64,000 nt of DNA from Desulfatiglandales bacterium (GTDB lineage Bacteria; Desulfobacterota; DSM-4660; Desulfatiglandales; HGW-15). The position numbers and the translations under genes were made by a program. Shown in pieces: positions 52,778 through 63,173 of this stretch; positions within the stretch are counted from its first letter, which is position 1, and each line of letters opens with the position of its first letter. The stretch spans positions 2,848,001 to 2,912,000 of the forward strand of contig CAXXJJ010000004.1 in NCBI GenBank assembly GCA_963667015.2, read 5' to 3'. The notes under the pieces are model-generated. The model saw only the letters and a list, made by a program, of their open reading frames with translations. It was not told the origin of the DNA and did not search any database.

Positions 52778-54154
52778 ATGAATCAGGCAAAAGAGAAGGC
52801 AGCCCCTTCAGCAGTTAAGGTTCCGCCCCATAATATAGAGGCGGAACAATCAATCCTTGGAGGGGTCCTGATCAATAATGAAGCCATGAATCAGATCATG
52901 GATATCGTTAAACCTGAATGCTTTTATCGCGAGGCCCATGGCCTGATCTTCCAGGGAATGATCGACCTGTACAACAACAATGAACCCATCGATCTCATTA
53001 CCCTTTCGCAGCATCTCACACAAAAAAACAAGATTGATAACACGGGCGGAACAGAATACCTGACATCACTTGTCGAGGCTGTGTCCACGTCTGCAGGGAT
53101 TGAATTCCATGCAGACATAGTCCATGACCGGTATGTCCGCAGAAAACTCCTTTCAGAGTGTTCCAGCATAAGCGAGTCATGCCTTCAGAACTGGCATACA
53201 ACCGCAGAACTTCTGGATATGGCCGAGCAGTCTGTATTTGACATTGCGGAAGAAAAAATCAGCGAAGGTTTTTCTTCCATGGAGGGCGTTATCAATGAAA
53301 GTTTCAAAAAACTTGAAAGTGTATCAGCAGAAGACGGTTTTGTAACAGGTATAACCACTGGGTTTGTTGACTTTGACAGGTATACTGCCGGCCTTCAGCC
53401 GTCGGATATGATTATAATCGCCGGCAGGCCGAGTATGGGAAAAACCGCATTCGCCCTTAATGTCGGCTATAATGCTGCCCTGAAAACAGGAAAAGGTGTA
53501 GCCGTGTTCTCTCTTGAGATGTCCAAAATGTCACTCGGAATGAGACTGCTTGGATTTGAGGCGCAGATAAACGCGGCAAAATTAAGGACAGGAACACTGA
53601 GAGACAGCGACTGGACCAACCTTACCCATGCGGCCGGGGTGTTGTCCGAACTGCCGCTTTTCATTGATGATACATCAGGCATCGGGGTTCTCGACATGAA
53701 GGCAAAATGCAGACGGCTTCTTAAAAAAACCGATCTCTGCATGGTGATCATAGACTATATACAGCTTGTCCAGGGAAGAAGAGGGGCAGAGTCCAGACAG
53801 ATAGAAATATCCGAAATATCACGCTCACTTAAATCGCTGGCAAAGGATCTGAATGTCCCGGTAGTAGCCCTTTCGCAGCTTAACAGGAAGGTGGAAGACC
53901 GCCCCAATAAAAGGCCTCAGATAGCAGACCTGAGGGAAAGCGGGGCTATTGAACAGGATGCGGACGTTATAGCCTTTATCTACAGGGACGAAGTTTACAA
54001 CCCCACAACCGACGAGAACAGGAATATAGCCGAGATAATCATTGCAAAACAGAGGAACGGCCCAACCGGTTTTTTCAAACTGACGTTTCAAAAGGAATTT
54101 ACCCGCTTCAGGGATTACGCTGAAGATCAAAATTACTATCCGCAAGAGGTCTAG
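52778..54154 (+). CDS. dnaB: Replicative DNA helicase
   Basis: PPHNIEAEQ, GRPSMGKT, DLRESGAIEQDAD, KQRNGPTG. Confidence 0.97.
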   Translation: MNQAKEKAAPSAVKVPPHNIEAEQSILGGVLINNEAMNQIMDIVKPECFYREAHGLIFQGMIDLYNNNEPIDLITLSQHLTQKNKIDNTGGTEYLTSLVEAVSTSAGIEFHADIVHDRYVRRKLLSECSSISESCLQNWHTTAELLDMAEQSVFDIAEEKISEGFSSMEGVINESFKKLESVSAEDGFVTGITTGFVDFDRYTAGLQPSDMIIIAGRPSMGKTAFALNVGYNAALKTGKGVAVFSLEMSKMSLGMRLLGFEAQINAAKLRTGTLRDSDWTNLTHAAGVLSELPLFIDDTSGIGVLDMKAKCRRLLKKTDLCMVIIDYIQLVQGRRGAESRQIEISEISRSLKSLAKDLNVPVVALSQLNRKVEDRPNKRPQIADLRESGAIEQDADVIAFIYRDEVYNPTTDENRNIAEIIIAKQRNGPTGFFKLTFQKEFTRFRDYAEDQNYYPQEV

Positions 54155-54157
54155 ACC

Positions 54158-55804
54158 ATAGAAAAGATTCAGGGCAATGTGACAGGTCTCAAGTCAAGCC
54201 AGTCAAAAAGGCTTTTAAGACTGTACCATAGAAAAATATCACGCCATGAAATCGCCACAAGGGAGATAATAAGAGAAATTTCCGACATCTCCCGGGAACT
54301 CAATAAACAGATAGGGCTGATTATTACCCGGCGGGGTGATATCGCATATGTTATTGCAGGCGACAATAAGAGCATACATATTCCTGACCTGGGAAGGTTT
54401 CGTTCCGGCGGCAGCCGTTTGAACGGACTCAGGTGCGTACATACCCATTTGAACGGCGAAGAGATATCACAGGAGGATATAACCGATATGGCCCTCCTTG
54501 GTATGGACCTGATGGCCATTGTACGTGTTGATGAAGAGGGAATACCCGGGCGTATCGATTACTCCCACATCCTGCCCGAAAACCCTCAAAACATGGGCTG
54601 GCTGACCACATCGGTCTCTGACATCGGCCGGCTGGAACTTAATTTTGAAGATTTTATAAGATCCCTTGAAGATGAAATATCAAGGACAGGCGGTAAAAGC
54701 CGGGACCGGAAAAAAGAAACGGCAATACTTGTAAGCGTTACAACCCAGTCAAATGAAAGGGCCAGGGAATCGCTTGATGAGCTCAGGGCACTTGCAGTAT
54801 CCAACAACCTGGATGTAGCGGAAAGTGTTACCCAGAGGATTAAAAAGGCCAATCCCCGGTTTTTGATAGGCAAGGGTCGCCTGAGCGAACTTGTTTTAAA
54901 ATGCATTCAGAAGGGAGCCGAACTCCTTATATTTGACAATGAACTTACGCCCACACAGGTAAAACTCCTTACAGATTATACCGAACTAAAGATAATAGAC
55001 AGGAGCCAGCTTATTCTTGATATCTTTTCGAGAAGGGCTGTAACACGGGAAGGCAAGATACAGGTAGAGCTGGCCCAGTTAAAATACCTGCTGCCGCGGC
55101 TTGCCACCAAAAATACGGCAATGTCCAGGCTGACCGGCGGAATCGGCGGAAGGGGGCCGGGAGAAACTAAACTCGAGATCAACCGCCGCCGTGCAAGAGA
55201 ACGGATTGCAAGACTCAATGATGAATTGAAAAAAATCAAAATGCAGAGAGAGAAAAGAAGAAGGCTGAGAAATACCAATCAGCTCCCCATTATATCAATT
55301 GTGGGCTATACAAATGCCGGCAAATCAACCCTTCTCAATCACCTTACACAAAGCAGTATAGGGGCTAACAACAGGCTCTTTGATACCCTGGACACAAGCA
55401 GCAGGAGGCTTCGCTTTCCCAGAGACAGGGAGGTTATTATAACCGATACTGTCGGGTTTATAAGGGATCTTCCCCAGGATCTGATGAAGGCATTTGAAGC
55501 GACCCTTGAAGAACTTCATGACGCAGATCTGCTGCTTCATGTTGTTGATGCATCAAGTCCAAGAATGAAGGAGCAGATAAAAATTGTCGATAAAATTCTT
55601 TCGGATCTTGATCTGTTATCTGTACCCATGATTCTCATACTTAATAAGGCTGACCTGCTGGAAGATGATGAAATACAAAATCTTTCACGAACATATAATG
55701 GCGTGGCTATCTCTGCCATCCATAAAGAAAGCCTGCACCCTCTTCTTGAACGGATTGAAAAACATATATGGGAAGAAGGTCTGGTTATAAAAAATATTTC
55801 TTGA
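54158..55804 (+). CDS. hflX: GTPase HflX, long N-terminal form; start probably ATA 54158 (else GTG 54179)
   Basis: LRCVHTH, GGRGPGETKLE, VGYTNAGKST, DTVGFI, NKAD. Confidence 0.93.
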   Translation: MEKIQGNVTGLKSSQSKRLLRLYHRKISRHEIATREIIREISDISRELNKQIGLIITRRGDIAYVIAGDNKSIHIPDLGRFRSGGSRLNGLRCVHTHLNGEEISQEDITDMALLGMDLMAIVRVDEEGIPGRIDYSHILPENPQNMGWLTTSVSDIGRLELNFEDFIRSLEDEISRTGGKSRDRKKETAILVSVTTQSNERARESLDELRALAVSNNLDVAESVTQRIKKANPRFLIGKGRLSELVLKCIQKGAELLIFDNELTPTQVKLLTDYTELKIIDRSQLILDIFSRRAVTREGKIQVELAQLKYLLPRLATKNTAMSRLTGGIGGRGPGETKLEINRRRARERIARLNDELKKIKMQREKRRRLRNTNQLPIISIVGYTNAGKSTLLNHLTQSSIGANNRLFDTLDTSSRRLRFPRDREVIITDTVGFIRDLPQDLMKAFEATLEELHDADLLLHVVDASSPRMKEQIKIVDKILSDLDLLSVPMILILNKADLLEDDEIQNLSRTYNGVAISAIHKESLHPLLERIEKHIWEEGLVIKNIS

Positions 55805-55957
55805 ATTTAAAGATTGGGCATATTATAATTCCCAATTACATTTTAAGAGCCCCTCTTTTTTTTGGGGGCTTGTTTCGTACTGAGGGTAAAGTTTCACCGC
55901 CAAGTGGCATCCTGAGGTTGAGAAACAGTAACGTTAACTTGAAAGGAGGATGTCATT

Positions 55958-56161
55958 ATGGCAAACGGAACCGTAAAATGGTTTAGTGACAAGAAGGGCT
56001 TCGGTTTTATCGAACTTGAAGACGGCAGTGGTGACGTATTTGTTCATCATTCAGCCATAAACATGGATGGTTTTAAAAGCCTTGATGAGGGCGACAAGGT
56101 AACCCTGGAAATTGAGCAGGGACAGCGCGGCCCATCGGCAAAAAACGTAACCAAGCTTTAG
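55958..56161 (+). CDS. Cold-shock protein
   Basis: [21 protein letters not shown]. Confidence 0.96.
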   Translation: MANGTVKWFSDKKGFGFIELEDGSGDVFVHHSAINMDGFKSLDEGDKVTLEIEQGQRGPSAKNVTKL

Positions 56162-56179
56162 AATACGTTAACTTACTAT

Positions 56180-56218
56180 AAAGGCATCCTGACACCCCGG
56201 TGGCAGGATGCCTTTTTT
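56180..56218 (+). terminator. Rho-independent terminator
   Basis: AAAGGCATCCTG/CAGGATGCCTTT plus T-run. Confidence 0.85.
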
Positions 56219-56232
56219 ATCAGGATTTACAA

Positions 56233-56655
56233 ATGAAAGAAACAGATATTGACCGCACTCCGGTCGCAAAAGATATAATAACCGTCTGTTCCAGGTGCAA
56301 ACTGGAGCTGAACCATATCGTCGTAAGGCACAACACGCAAGGCATTGTTGATCGAGTCAAGTGCCATACATGCGGTTTTGAGCACAAATACAAACCCGTA
56401 AAAAAGAAGGCGGAAACAACAAGGAAAAGAAAATCGCCTGTAAGGAGAAAGTCGCCGGAAAAAGAGTATGCATCATTAATGGAAAAGAATATTGATGTGG
56501 AACCGGTTCCATACAGCATAAGGGCTTCATTCCGCGAAGGCGAAATAATCGATCATAAGACCTTCGGAAAGGGAATAGTCATGGGGACCTCATTTGAACG
56601 CGTTGAAGTGCTCTTTCAGGACGGAGTAAAAACACTGGCTGCTGACAAAAAATAA
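56233..56655 (+). CDS. Conserved hypothetical zinc-ribbon protein
   Basis: CSRCK..H...RVKCHTC..EH; HKTFGKG.V. Confidence 0.75.
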   Translation: MKETDIDRTPVAKDIITVCSRCKLELNHIVVRHNTQGIVDRVKCHTCGFEHKYKPVKKKAETTRKRKSPVRRKSPEKEYASLMEKNIDVEPVPYSIRASFREGEIIDHKTFGKGIVMGTSFERVEVLFQDGVKTLAADKK

Positions 56656-56659
56656 CAGA

Positions 56660-57688
56660 CTAGGGAGAAATGCTTTTCCAGCCTGAAGATCTTATCAGTT
56701 TGCCATCCCGGGTGATGATAAGTGCTTCACGGCCGGGAAGGGAATTTATAAAAGATATGCCGTAGTCAGGTGCCATGACCATAAGAGAAGTTGCCAGGGC
56801 GTCTGCCTCCATGGCAGTCGGTGCAATAATAGAGGCACTGGAGTTAAGAACAGGCGAAAACCCGGTTTTGGGATCCGCTATATGATGAAATATCCTTTCC
56901 GCATCAAAGTAGTTCTCGTAGTCTCCTGATGTCGCCACAGAAGAACCAGTTAATTCAATTACATCAAGATGGTTATTTTTATCTGCAGGGTCCTGAATCG
57001 CAACCTTCCATGGCTTTCCGTCTTCCCTTAGGCCTTCAGTCTTCATGTCACCGCCGGCATTAATAAGATAGTTCTTAATTCCATGTTCAGGAAGCACCTT
57101 TGAGGCCATATCAACGATATAACCCTTTGCCAGCCCGTCCAGGGTAATATGCATGCCTTTTTCCCCGAGTCTGATGCTGTTCCCCTTGAGCCCTATCTTA
57201 TCGCTCCCAACAAACTCTAGCGTTTCTTTAATTTCGCTTTCCCGGGGGACCTCGTTTTCTGAAAATCTGTCCCTGAACAGTTCAATTACAGGTAAAATCG
57301 TTATATCAAACGCCCCTTTTGTCAGTTTATTATATTCAAGGGCATGCTCTATAACCTCCACAAGCTGGGGGTCGGCGTTTTCAAGAAAACCGTCCCTGTT
57401 CAATCTGGATACTTCAGAATTCTCGTCATAATGGCTCATTATACCGGAAAGCCTTTTTATCTCTTCAAAGACATCATTCATTATCTTTTTGTTATCTGTT
57501 CCCGGTTCATAAAGGAAGATAACCGTAACGGTTGTGCCCATGGCCAGCCTCGTGCTTGCTGCTCTTTTAAGGCTGTTTTTACCGCAGGCGGAGATAAAAA
57601 ATAATGATATTAGAAGAAAGAGTGCAGCTATTGCTGCAGGTTTAAAGAAGGTTCTTCGGTTATAATTTCTGATAATCATAAATAACAC
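56660..57688 (-). CDS. apbE: FAD:protein FMN transferase lipoprotein
   Basis: Lipobox ISAC, AMGTT, AKGYIVD, NAGGD, ATSGDYE, ADALAT. Confidence 0.93.
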   Translation of the reverse strand: MLFMIIRNYNRRTFFKPAAIAALFLLISLFFISACGKNSLKRAASTRLAMGTTVTVIFLYEPGTDNKKIMNDVFEEIKRLSGIMSHYDENSEVSRLNRDGFLENADPQLVEVIEHALEYNKLTKGAFDITILPVIELFRDRFSENEVPRESEIKETLEFVGSDKIGLKGNSIRLGEKGMHITLDGLAKGYIVDMASKVLPEHGIKNYLINAGGDMKTEGLREDGKPWKVAIQDPADKNNHLDVIELTGSSVATSGDYENYFDAERIFHHIADPKTGFSPVLNSSASIIAPTAMEADALATSLMVMAPDYGISFINSLPGREALIITRDGKLIRSSGWKSISP

Positions 57689-57717
57689 CTGTTTAACAGC
57701 GGTTAACCGCCGGCTTA

Positions 57718-58752
57718 TTAAAGGGACTCATTAAGTTTTCTTCCGACATCTATCTTTCCATGCATCCTTTGCAGTATGATGAAGGCTATGCACCCTAAAA
57801 TTATTGTCGGGAAATAGAATGATCCATGCAGCAGGATCGCGGCAGACAGCGCCTTTTCATTTGAAACACCATAAAATATAAACCCCTTTTTAACCAGTTG
57901 GTGAAACACCCCTATATACCCGGGTGCAAAGGGGACCATTACTGCAAGAGCCGCCACGGACTGTATTATGAACGTCGCAATAAAGGGAAGCCTTATACCA
58001 ACCGCCATTTCGATAAAATATACCTGCCAGAGAGAAATATACCACAGGAGTACGGACCACAATACAGCCTTTATCCAGTCACCAGTACTCTTTAAAGGGG
58101 CAAGCCCTTTTACAAAATTTTCTATAACAGCCGTCACCTTCAATCTTATTTTATCCGGAACCATAAACAGCATTCGGCTTATTATGCTGATAAAAAATTG
58201 GGGGCGGGACCTTAATCCTTTAATAATGGCAATAAGTATCAGTGAGGTAAAGAACAGCGCAATGGCGGTTCCACGCCTGTTCTGGGAGGCACCGGACAGA
58301 TCATCGGGAAAGGCCGTAAACATCAAACCGATAAGGAATATAAGGAAAAGCGCAAATCCATCAAATATTCTTTCGACTACAATAGTCCCGAAGGCCGAAC
58401 TTTTGCTGATCTTTTCAGCCTTTCCCAGCGAGTGCGCCCTGACAATCTCACCAAGCCTTGCGGGAAAAATGCAGTTGGCAGCAAAACCGATAAGGACAGA
58501 CAGAAGCCTGCTTGAAAAACCTGTTTCTTTTACCGGCCTCAGCAGAATGCGCCATCGCCAGGCCCTGATAAAAAATTGCAAAATGCAGACAAGAACGGCC
58601 AGCAGGAGATAAAATAGATTGGAGGATAAAATAGTCTGCCCGGTCTGTTCGAAATCAACATCACGAAATGCCAGATAAAGAAACAGGGCACTTAAAATCA
58701 GCCCTGCCCCCAGCTTCCAGTTTATCGGATTTGACGGCTTACTGTTTCCCAT
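57718..58752 (-). CDS. Lysylphosphatidylglycerol synthase TM / flippase-like protein
   Basis: RAWRW, PARLGEIVR, ERIFD, PGYIGVFH. Confidence 0.85.
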   Translation of the reverse strand: MGNSKPSNPINWKLGAGLILSALFLYLAFRDVDFEQTGQTILSSNLFYLLLAVLVCILQFFIRAWRWRILLRPVKETGFSSRLLSVLIGFAANCIFPARLGEIVRAHSLGKAEKISKSSAFGTIVVERIFDGFALFLIFLIGLMFTAFPDDLSGASQNRRGTAIALFFTSLILIAIIKGLRSRPQFFISIISRMLFMVPDKIRLKVTAVIENFVKGLAPLKSTGDWIKAVLWSVLLWYISLWQVYFIEMAVGIRLPFIATFIIQSVAALAVMVPFAPGYIGVFHQLVKKGFIFYGVSNEKALSAAILLHGSFYFPTIILGCIAFIILQRMHGKIDVGRKLNESL

Positions 58753-59677
58753 TCATCTCCAGAATTTCTCTCGCCTTAATTACATCCCTTTTAATCTGTT
58801 CAGCCAGTTCATCCTTACCATTGAAGGTCCTTTCTTCTCTCAGCCTGCTGATAAACTTTATGGTGAACCTTTCACCGACAATGTCACCGCTGAAATCAAG
58901 GACATGGGTTTCAATAGAAAGAGCAGTCCCGCCAAAGGTTGGATTAACACCGATATTGCACACACCGTCATACTCTTTATCATGAATATATGCCTTTACG
59001 GCATACACACCCTTCTTGGGGATTAGTTCATCCACCGGTATCAGGTTTGCAGTGGGGAACCTGAGTATACTGCGTCCCCTTCCCATACCGGTCTTTACAA
59101 TGCCGGTGATCTGGTAGTCCCTTCCTAATAGCCTTTTTGCCTCCGGAAGGTTTCCCTCTTTAACCAGGTTCCTGATGGAGGTGCTTGAGACAAGGGTGCT
59201 GTTAAGATGAATCGGTTCAACAACATGTACCCTGAAACCCAGCTTATCACCCATCTTTTTGAGAAAGTCTATATTTCCCTTTCTGCCTGAGCCAAAGGTG
59301 TAGTCATAACCAACCACTATCTCTTTGACCCCAATCTTTTTCACCAGCAGTTCATTAACAAAATCCTCCGCTGTTATGGCTGCAAACTCCCTGTTAAAGG
59401 GCAGACAGAGTATCACATCAATTCCGGCATCAGCTATAAGTTTCAGCTTCTGTTCAACAGGTGTGATCAGGGGCGGCCCGTTTCCGGGTTTTACTATCTT
59501 GATGGGATGAGGTTCAAAGGTCATCACCACGGACTGCCCCTTAATATCAGCGGCAAGCGTTTTAACTTTATCAAACAGGGCAAGATGCCCTCTATGAACC
59601 CCGTCAAAGTTACCGATGGTCAATACCGGGTTTATTAATGGTTTTTCAATTTCATTTAAATCTTTAATTATGCTCAT
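58739..59677 (-). CDS. ribF: Riboflavin kinase/FAD synthetase
   Basis: GNFDGVHRGH, SSTSIR, FPTAN, IETH. Confidence 0.96.
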   Translation of the reverse strand: MSIIKDLNEIEKPLINPVLTIGNFDGVHRGHLALFDKVKTLAADIKGQSVVMTFEPHPIKIVKPGNGPPLITPVEQKLKLIADAGIDVILCLPFNREFAAITAEDFVNELLVKKIGVKEIVVGYDYTFGSGRKGNIDFLKKMGDKLGFRVHVVEPIHLNSTLVSSTSIRNLVKEGNLPEAKRLLGRDYQITGIVKTGMGRGRSILRFPTANLIPVDELIPKKGVYAVKAYIHDKEYDGVCNIGVNPTFGGTALSIETHVLDFSGDIVGERFTIKFISRLREERTFNGKDELAEQIKRDVIKAREILEMNGKQ

Positions 59678-59842
59678 TATTCACAAAAATTCCTTAATTT
59701 TTCCTTATGCCCTGCGCTGCTAATCCGCCAGCATTTTTTGTTTCACAGGTATTGGAAACCAATGGGCAGACCATCAACTTATTTGTTGACAGAAATCTTA
59801 AGATACTATAAATAAAGCAAAAAAATATCAACCCCATAATGT

Positions 59843-59929
59843 GCCGAAGTGGTGGAACTGGTAGACACGCTAGGTTCAGGGTCTAGTGGGCGTGCGTCCG
59901 TGCGAGTTCGAGTCTCGCCTTCGGCACCA
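59843..59929 (+). tRNA. tRNA-Leu(CAG)
   Basis: GCCGAAG/CTTCGGC acceptor stem, CTAGG-TTCAGGG-TCTAG anticodon arm, long variable arm, GTTCGAGTC, encoded CCA. Confidence 0.96.
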
Positions 59930-59941
59930 CCTTAACAATTC

Positions 59942-59973
59942 AAGCCGTAATCTTAACAGATTGCGGCTTTTTT
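59942..59973 (+). terminator. Terminator after tRNA
   Basis: AAGCCGTAATCT/AGATTGCGGCTT plus T-run. Confidence 0.8.
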
Positions 59974-60495
59974 GTTTTTACTGGTTGGGAATAGGTATAC
60001 ACCAGAAAACAGTTCACAAGTGCTCATTGCCTATGTTTTTCTATATCACTATTTTCATTGGCAAAGGCTTTTCCATCTATTTCAATATAAGACATAAGGG
60101 AAATCATGGGCTATAGTTTAAGAATATTCTTTATTGATAAAGTATTTGAATAAAATACTAAGCATCCTGCCTCTAATATAAAAAATCCACCGCCAAATTT
60201 ATCTTAGGCAACAATAACAGTGGATTTTGGGTATCAGTTTCAGATACAAGGCGCCGAAGGAGCGCCGTCTGAGGCATATAAAAGGTCCGACTCAGGGAGG
60301 ATTGGCTGCCGTCTTCCTTAGCAGATGACATTTTGATGGTGGATCAGGGCGAACATCAAAATCTTGACTTTACTCACCCATTGTTGCATTTTATAATCAA
60401 CATGTTAAATAAAGATATAAACTGATTCCTCTCTACTGACTGAAGGGGTTGGGAAAGGGAGAATAAAAGAAACAGGGCTGACGCAGCCTGAATTC

Positions 60496-60895
60496 ATGGG
60501 CATCACAAAGGTGAAGGCAAGGCTGTGTGCGGGTGACGGCTCATTTGAAACAGATGAAGGAACAAACAACAGATATCTCTTTCAGAGCGAATGGCTCAAA
60601 AGAAAGGGACAGCCGGATAAAATGGTATTAATGGAGGTCTTCGGCAACAGCATGGAGCCCGAGTTGAAATCAGGTGACACTGTCCTTGTCGACGGCTCTC
60701 AGAACAGCATAATTCCCGGGCTTATTTATGCAGTGGGAATAGATAATACAATAATGATAAAACGTATAGAAAAGCACCCCGGGAAGATACATTTAAGGAG
60801 TGATAACAAAGAGTACGAACCCATCGTTGTTGAAGGTGAAGGCATAAACAATGCGCATAATAGGCCGCATTATCTGGACCTGCCGAACCCTGTAA
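60496..60895 (+). pseudogene. S24 peptidase (cI/LexA-type repressor C-terminal domain) remnant, no HTH, frameshifted near the 3' end
   Basis: GNSMEP, IKR, SDN..Y; expected tail RIIGRIIWTCRTL* lies in another frame after about 60853. Confidence 0.75.
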
Positions 60896-60901
60896 ATCAT
60901 T

Positions 60902-61027
60902 CGTCATTCCACGGCTTGTCGAAGATCCCGATACTGTTTCGGGGACAGTGGAATCCACAACCCCGCCGTCATTCCACTGCTTGCCTGTCACGGCGAAGCT
61001 TTTGCGGAGACTGAACCGCGGAATCCA
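60902..61027. repeat. REP-like doublet (CGTCATTCC...GGAATCCA x2)
   Basis: Units 60902-60957 and 60967-61027. Confidence 0.75.
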
Positions 61028-61186
61028 GTTTTTTTTGTCTTTCGTAGTGGCGAAAAATCTTTCGCCCTCTTTCACTGTCAGCCTTCGGCTAACCAGCTTC
61101 TTTAGCCCGGTATTTCCTCGTTCCAATGGTCCGCCGTGGGAACGCTATCTTCTGACGCTCTGCGTAGATTTTAAGTTTCCTGATGC

Positions 61187-61258
61187 ACCGACCTCCGACC
61201 TCTGACCTCTATTTTCTTTGCTTTCCCTAACAGCCTATAGCCTAAACCGCTACAGCCT
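61187..61258 (+). repeat. Heptamer run + CCTAACAGCC-family repeat at the intI 3' end
   Basis: CCGACCTCCGACCTCTGACCTCT and CCCTAACAGCCTATAGCCTAAACCGCTACAGCCT. Confidence 0.65.
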
Positions 61259-61261
61259 ATA

Positions 61262-62215
61262 TTACCCCACATCCAAAGGGCTCTTTGCCCCAAGCCCGCC
61301 CTTTTTCATAACATGTGTATAAATCATGGTTGTTCTTATATCCTTATGCCCCAGCAGTTCCTGCACCGTTCTTATATCATATCCGTTTTCCAGCATATGT
61401 GTTGCAAAGGAATGCCTGAATGTGTGTGGACCAATCACTTTGGTGATTCCGGCTTTTTGCCCCGCCGCTCTGACCGCCTTTCTAAGGGCACTTTCATCAA
61501 AATGATGGCGTCTTTTTTTGCCGCTGCGTGGATCTGTGGAAATTTTAGATGCAGGAAAAATATACTGCCATTTCCATTCCTTTGCTGCGTTTTTATATTT
61601 TCTTTCCAGTGCATAGGGGAGATAAACCTCTCCAAAACCATTTTTAAGATCATGACCATGCATCACCTTTATTTTTTCCAAATGATCTTTCATTAATGGC
61701 TGTATTTTTTCCGGAAACAGTGTTGCGCGGTCCTTGGCTCCTTTTCCATCTATTACATTTATCTGGTTCATATAAAAATCAATATTGTTTACTCTTAACC
61801 TCATGCACTCTTTTACCCTCAACCCCGATCCATAAATCACCTGTGCCATTAACCTGTTTGTACCGGCCATAAAACTCAAAACACTTTCAACTTCTTCTTT
61901 ACTTAAAACCACAGGGATCTTCTCAGGTTTTTTAGCTCTTTCCATTGGTCCAAAATCACCCAGATCAATTTTGAGAACATTTTTATATAAATAAACAACA
62001 GCATTTAACGCCTGATTCTGAGTACTGGCTGCAACATTTTTATTTAAAGCAAGGTCCGAAATAAAATCAGAGATCTCTTTTTCACCCATATCAGCGGGAT
62101 GTTTTTTATTATGGAAAAGAATAAATTTTTTCATCCATTTTACATAAGCCTCTTCAGTACTGTATGAATTATGCTTCTTCCTCATAACCTGCCTTACCTG
62201 ATCAAGAAGTCTCAT
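61262..62215 (-). CDS. intI: Integron integrase
   Basis: STQNQALNA, GSGLR, integron-specific patch LPYALERKY..AAKEWKWQYIFPAS..DPRSG..RRHH, HTFRHSFATH, LLGH, TMIY. Confidence 0.97.
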   Translation of the reverse strand: MRLLDQVRQVMRKKHNSYSTEEAYVKWMKKFILFHNKKHPADMGEKEISDFISDLALNKNVAASTQNQALNAVVYLYKNVLKIDLGDFGPMERAKKPEKIPVVLSKEEVESVLSFMAGTNRLMAQVIYGSGLRVKECMRLRVNNIDFYMNQINVIDGKGAKDRATLFPEKIQPLMKDHLEKIKVMHGHDLKNGFGEVYLPYALERKYKNAAKEWKWQYIFPASKISTDPRSGKKRRHHFDESALRKAVRAAGQKAGITKVIGPHTFRHSFATHMLENGYDIRTVQELLGHKDIRTTMIYTHVMKKGGLGAKSPLDVG

Positions 62216-62313
62216 GATAAACCTCCTTATAATTGTTTTGACATCATTTTATAATTATGGTTGATTTACAGCCATTGCCTGATCATTTAATCGATAGAAT
62301 TAAATACTTCTTA

Positions 62314-62407
62314 TCATTCCCCGACTACTCGAAGATCCCGTGTTGTTTACGGGGATCAGGAAATCCATGCAACGAACGTCATTCCCGGGCTCCGACCAGG
62401 GAATCCA
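62314..62407. repeat. REP-like doublet upstream of intI
   Basis: Units 62314-62367 and 62377-62407; same ends and same TCGAAGATCCCG..CGGGGA inner hairpin as the 60902 unit. Confidence 0.75.
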
Positions 62408-62809
62408 GTAGCTTTAAATGCTTTTTTCCTGGCTTTATTTATGAGAAGCTTGAATTACCAGATAATAAACTACTTGTTTATATTTGTCAACTTTTTCCGT
62501 ATTTTTGTTTTCCAATATGGCTGATATATTTAGATATTTGTGTAATATCAGCCATATAGCAAATAATAAAAAATACAAGAACCCTGATACAGGAAAATTT
62601 GTCCATATAGACCAGGGCCATCTTGACTCATACGTAATATTCTTACAACCTATTGATTTATAATGTTATTATTGATTTTATTGTGTTTTTAAGTATATTG
62701 GTTTTTATATTATGCGTTGCCTGTTTTTCCGCTTTCAATATGGAGCCAATAAATAAGATAAATTATTGAATTTATAATTATTAACGAGTATTTTCGGGCA
62801 ATTTTCAAA

Positions 62810-62851
62810 GAGCGGATATGGGAAAATGGGCCCGGTACTCCTATGTTAAAA
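62810..62851 (+). other. Putative attI site (crossover G/TTAAAA at 62845)
   Basis: First GTTRRR, where homology to cassette 2 begins; complementary to R'' TTTTAAC of attC1; no attC precedes it. Confidence 0.65.
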
Positions 62852-63167
62852 GCTGAAAGGCTATAATGAAGAAAGCATCATTTACGGTATTTGGGGAAGT
62901 AGGAAATATTTCCCAAATCCCCAAATAGCAGGTATAAAAATAATATTCCGGGCTGAATTGATGTCTATTTACAAAAATTGGCAAGATTGCCAAAAGTTGT
63001 AAATAGAAAATAAGAATCAAAATATTGTTGTAATAATAACTGGTTATCAAAAACACAAGGTCGGTAAATAGCGGGCAAAATCGGCTTTTAACCTGTCGCT
63101 TCACAAGACCACGAGGGGCTTCTTTCAATTTTTGCTGAGCATCTCGGCGTGGCTTGTGAGCTGGCCG
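62846..63167 (+). mobile_element. Integron cassette 1 (gene-less, 322 bp)
   Basis: TTAAAAG start to G of attC1; no credible forward ORF. Confidence 0.8.
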
Positions 63168-63173
63168 TTAAAA
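63086..63173 (+). other. attC site 1 (88 bp)
   Basis: TTTTAAC...GCTTCACAAGACCACG / CGTGGCTTGTGAGC...GTTAAAA imperfect palindrome with extra-helical bases. Confidence 0.9.

Noticed and set aside
52778..55804. DnaB-HflX readthrough fusion (same frame, single TAG)
   Set aside because: An SD and plausible start follow the stop, and no recoding signal is visible.
60230..60350. Possible degenerate MITE or structured RNA after tRNA-Leu
   Set aside because: GC-richer patch but no clear paired terminal repeats or second copy in the window.
927..62559. Many short ORFs overlapping or antisense to assigned genes, and 59886-60116, 60722-61205, 62257-62559 over tRNA/REP sequence
   Set aside because: Shadow frames with no RBS or motifs, explained by the opposite-strand gene or by repeats.
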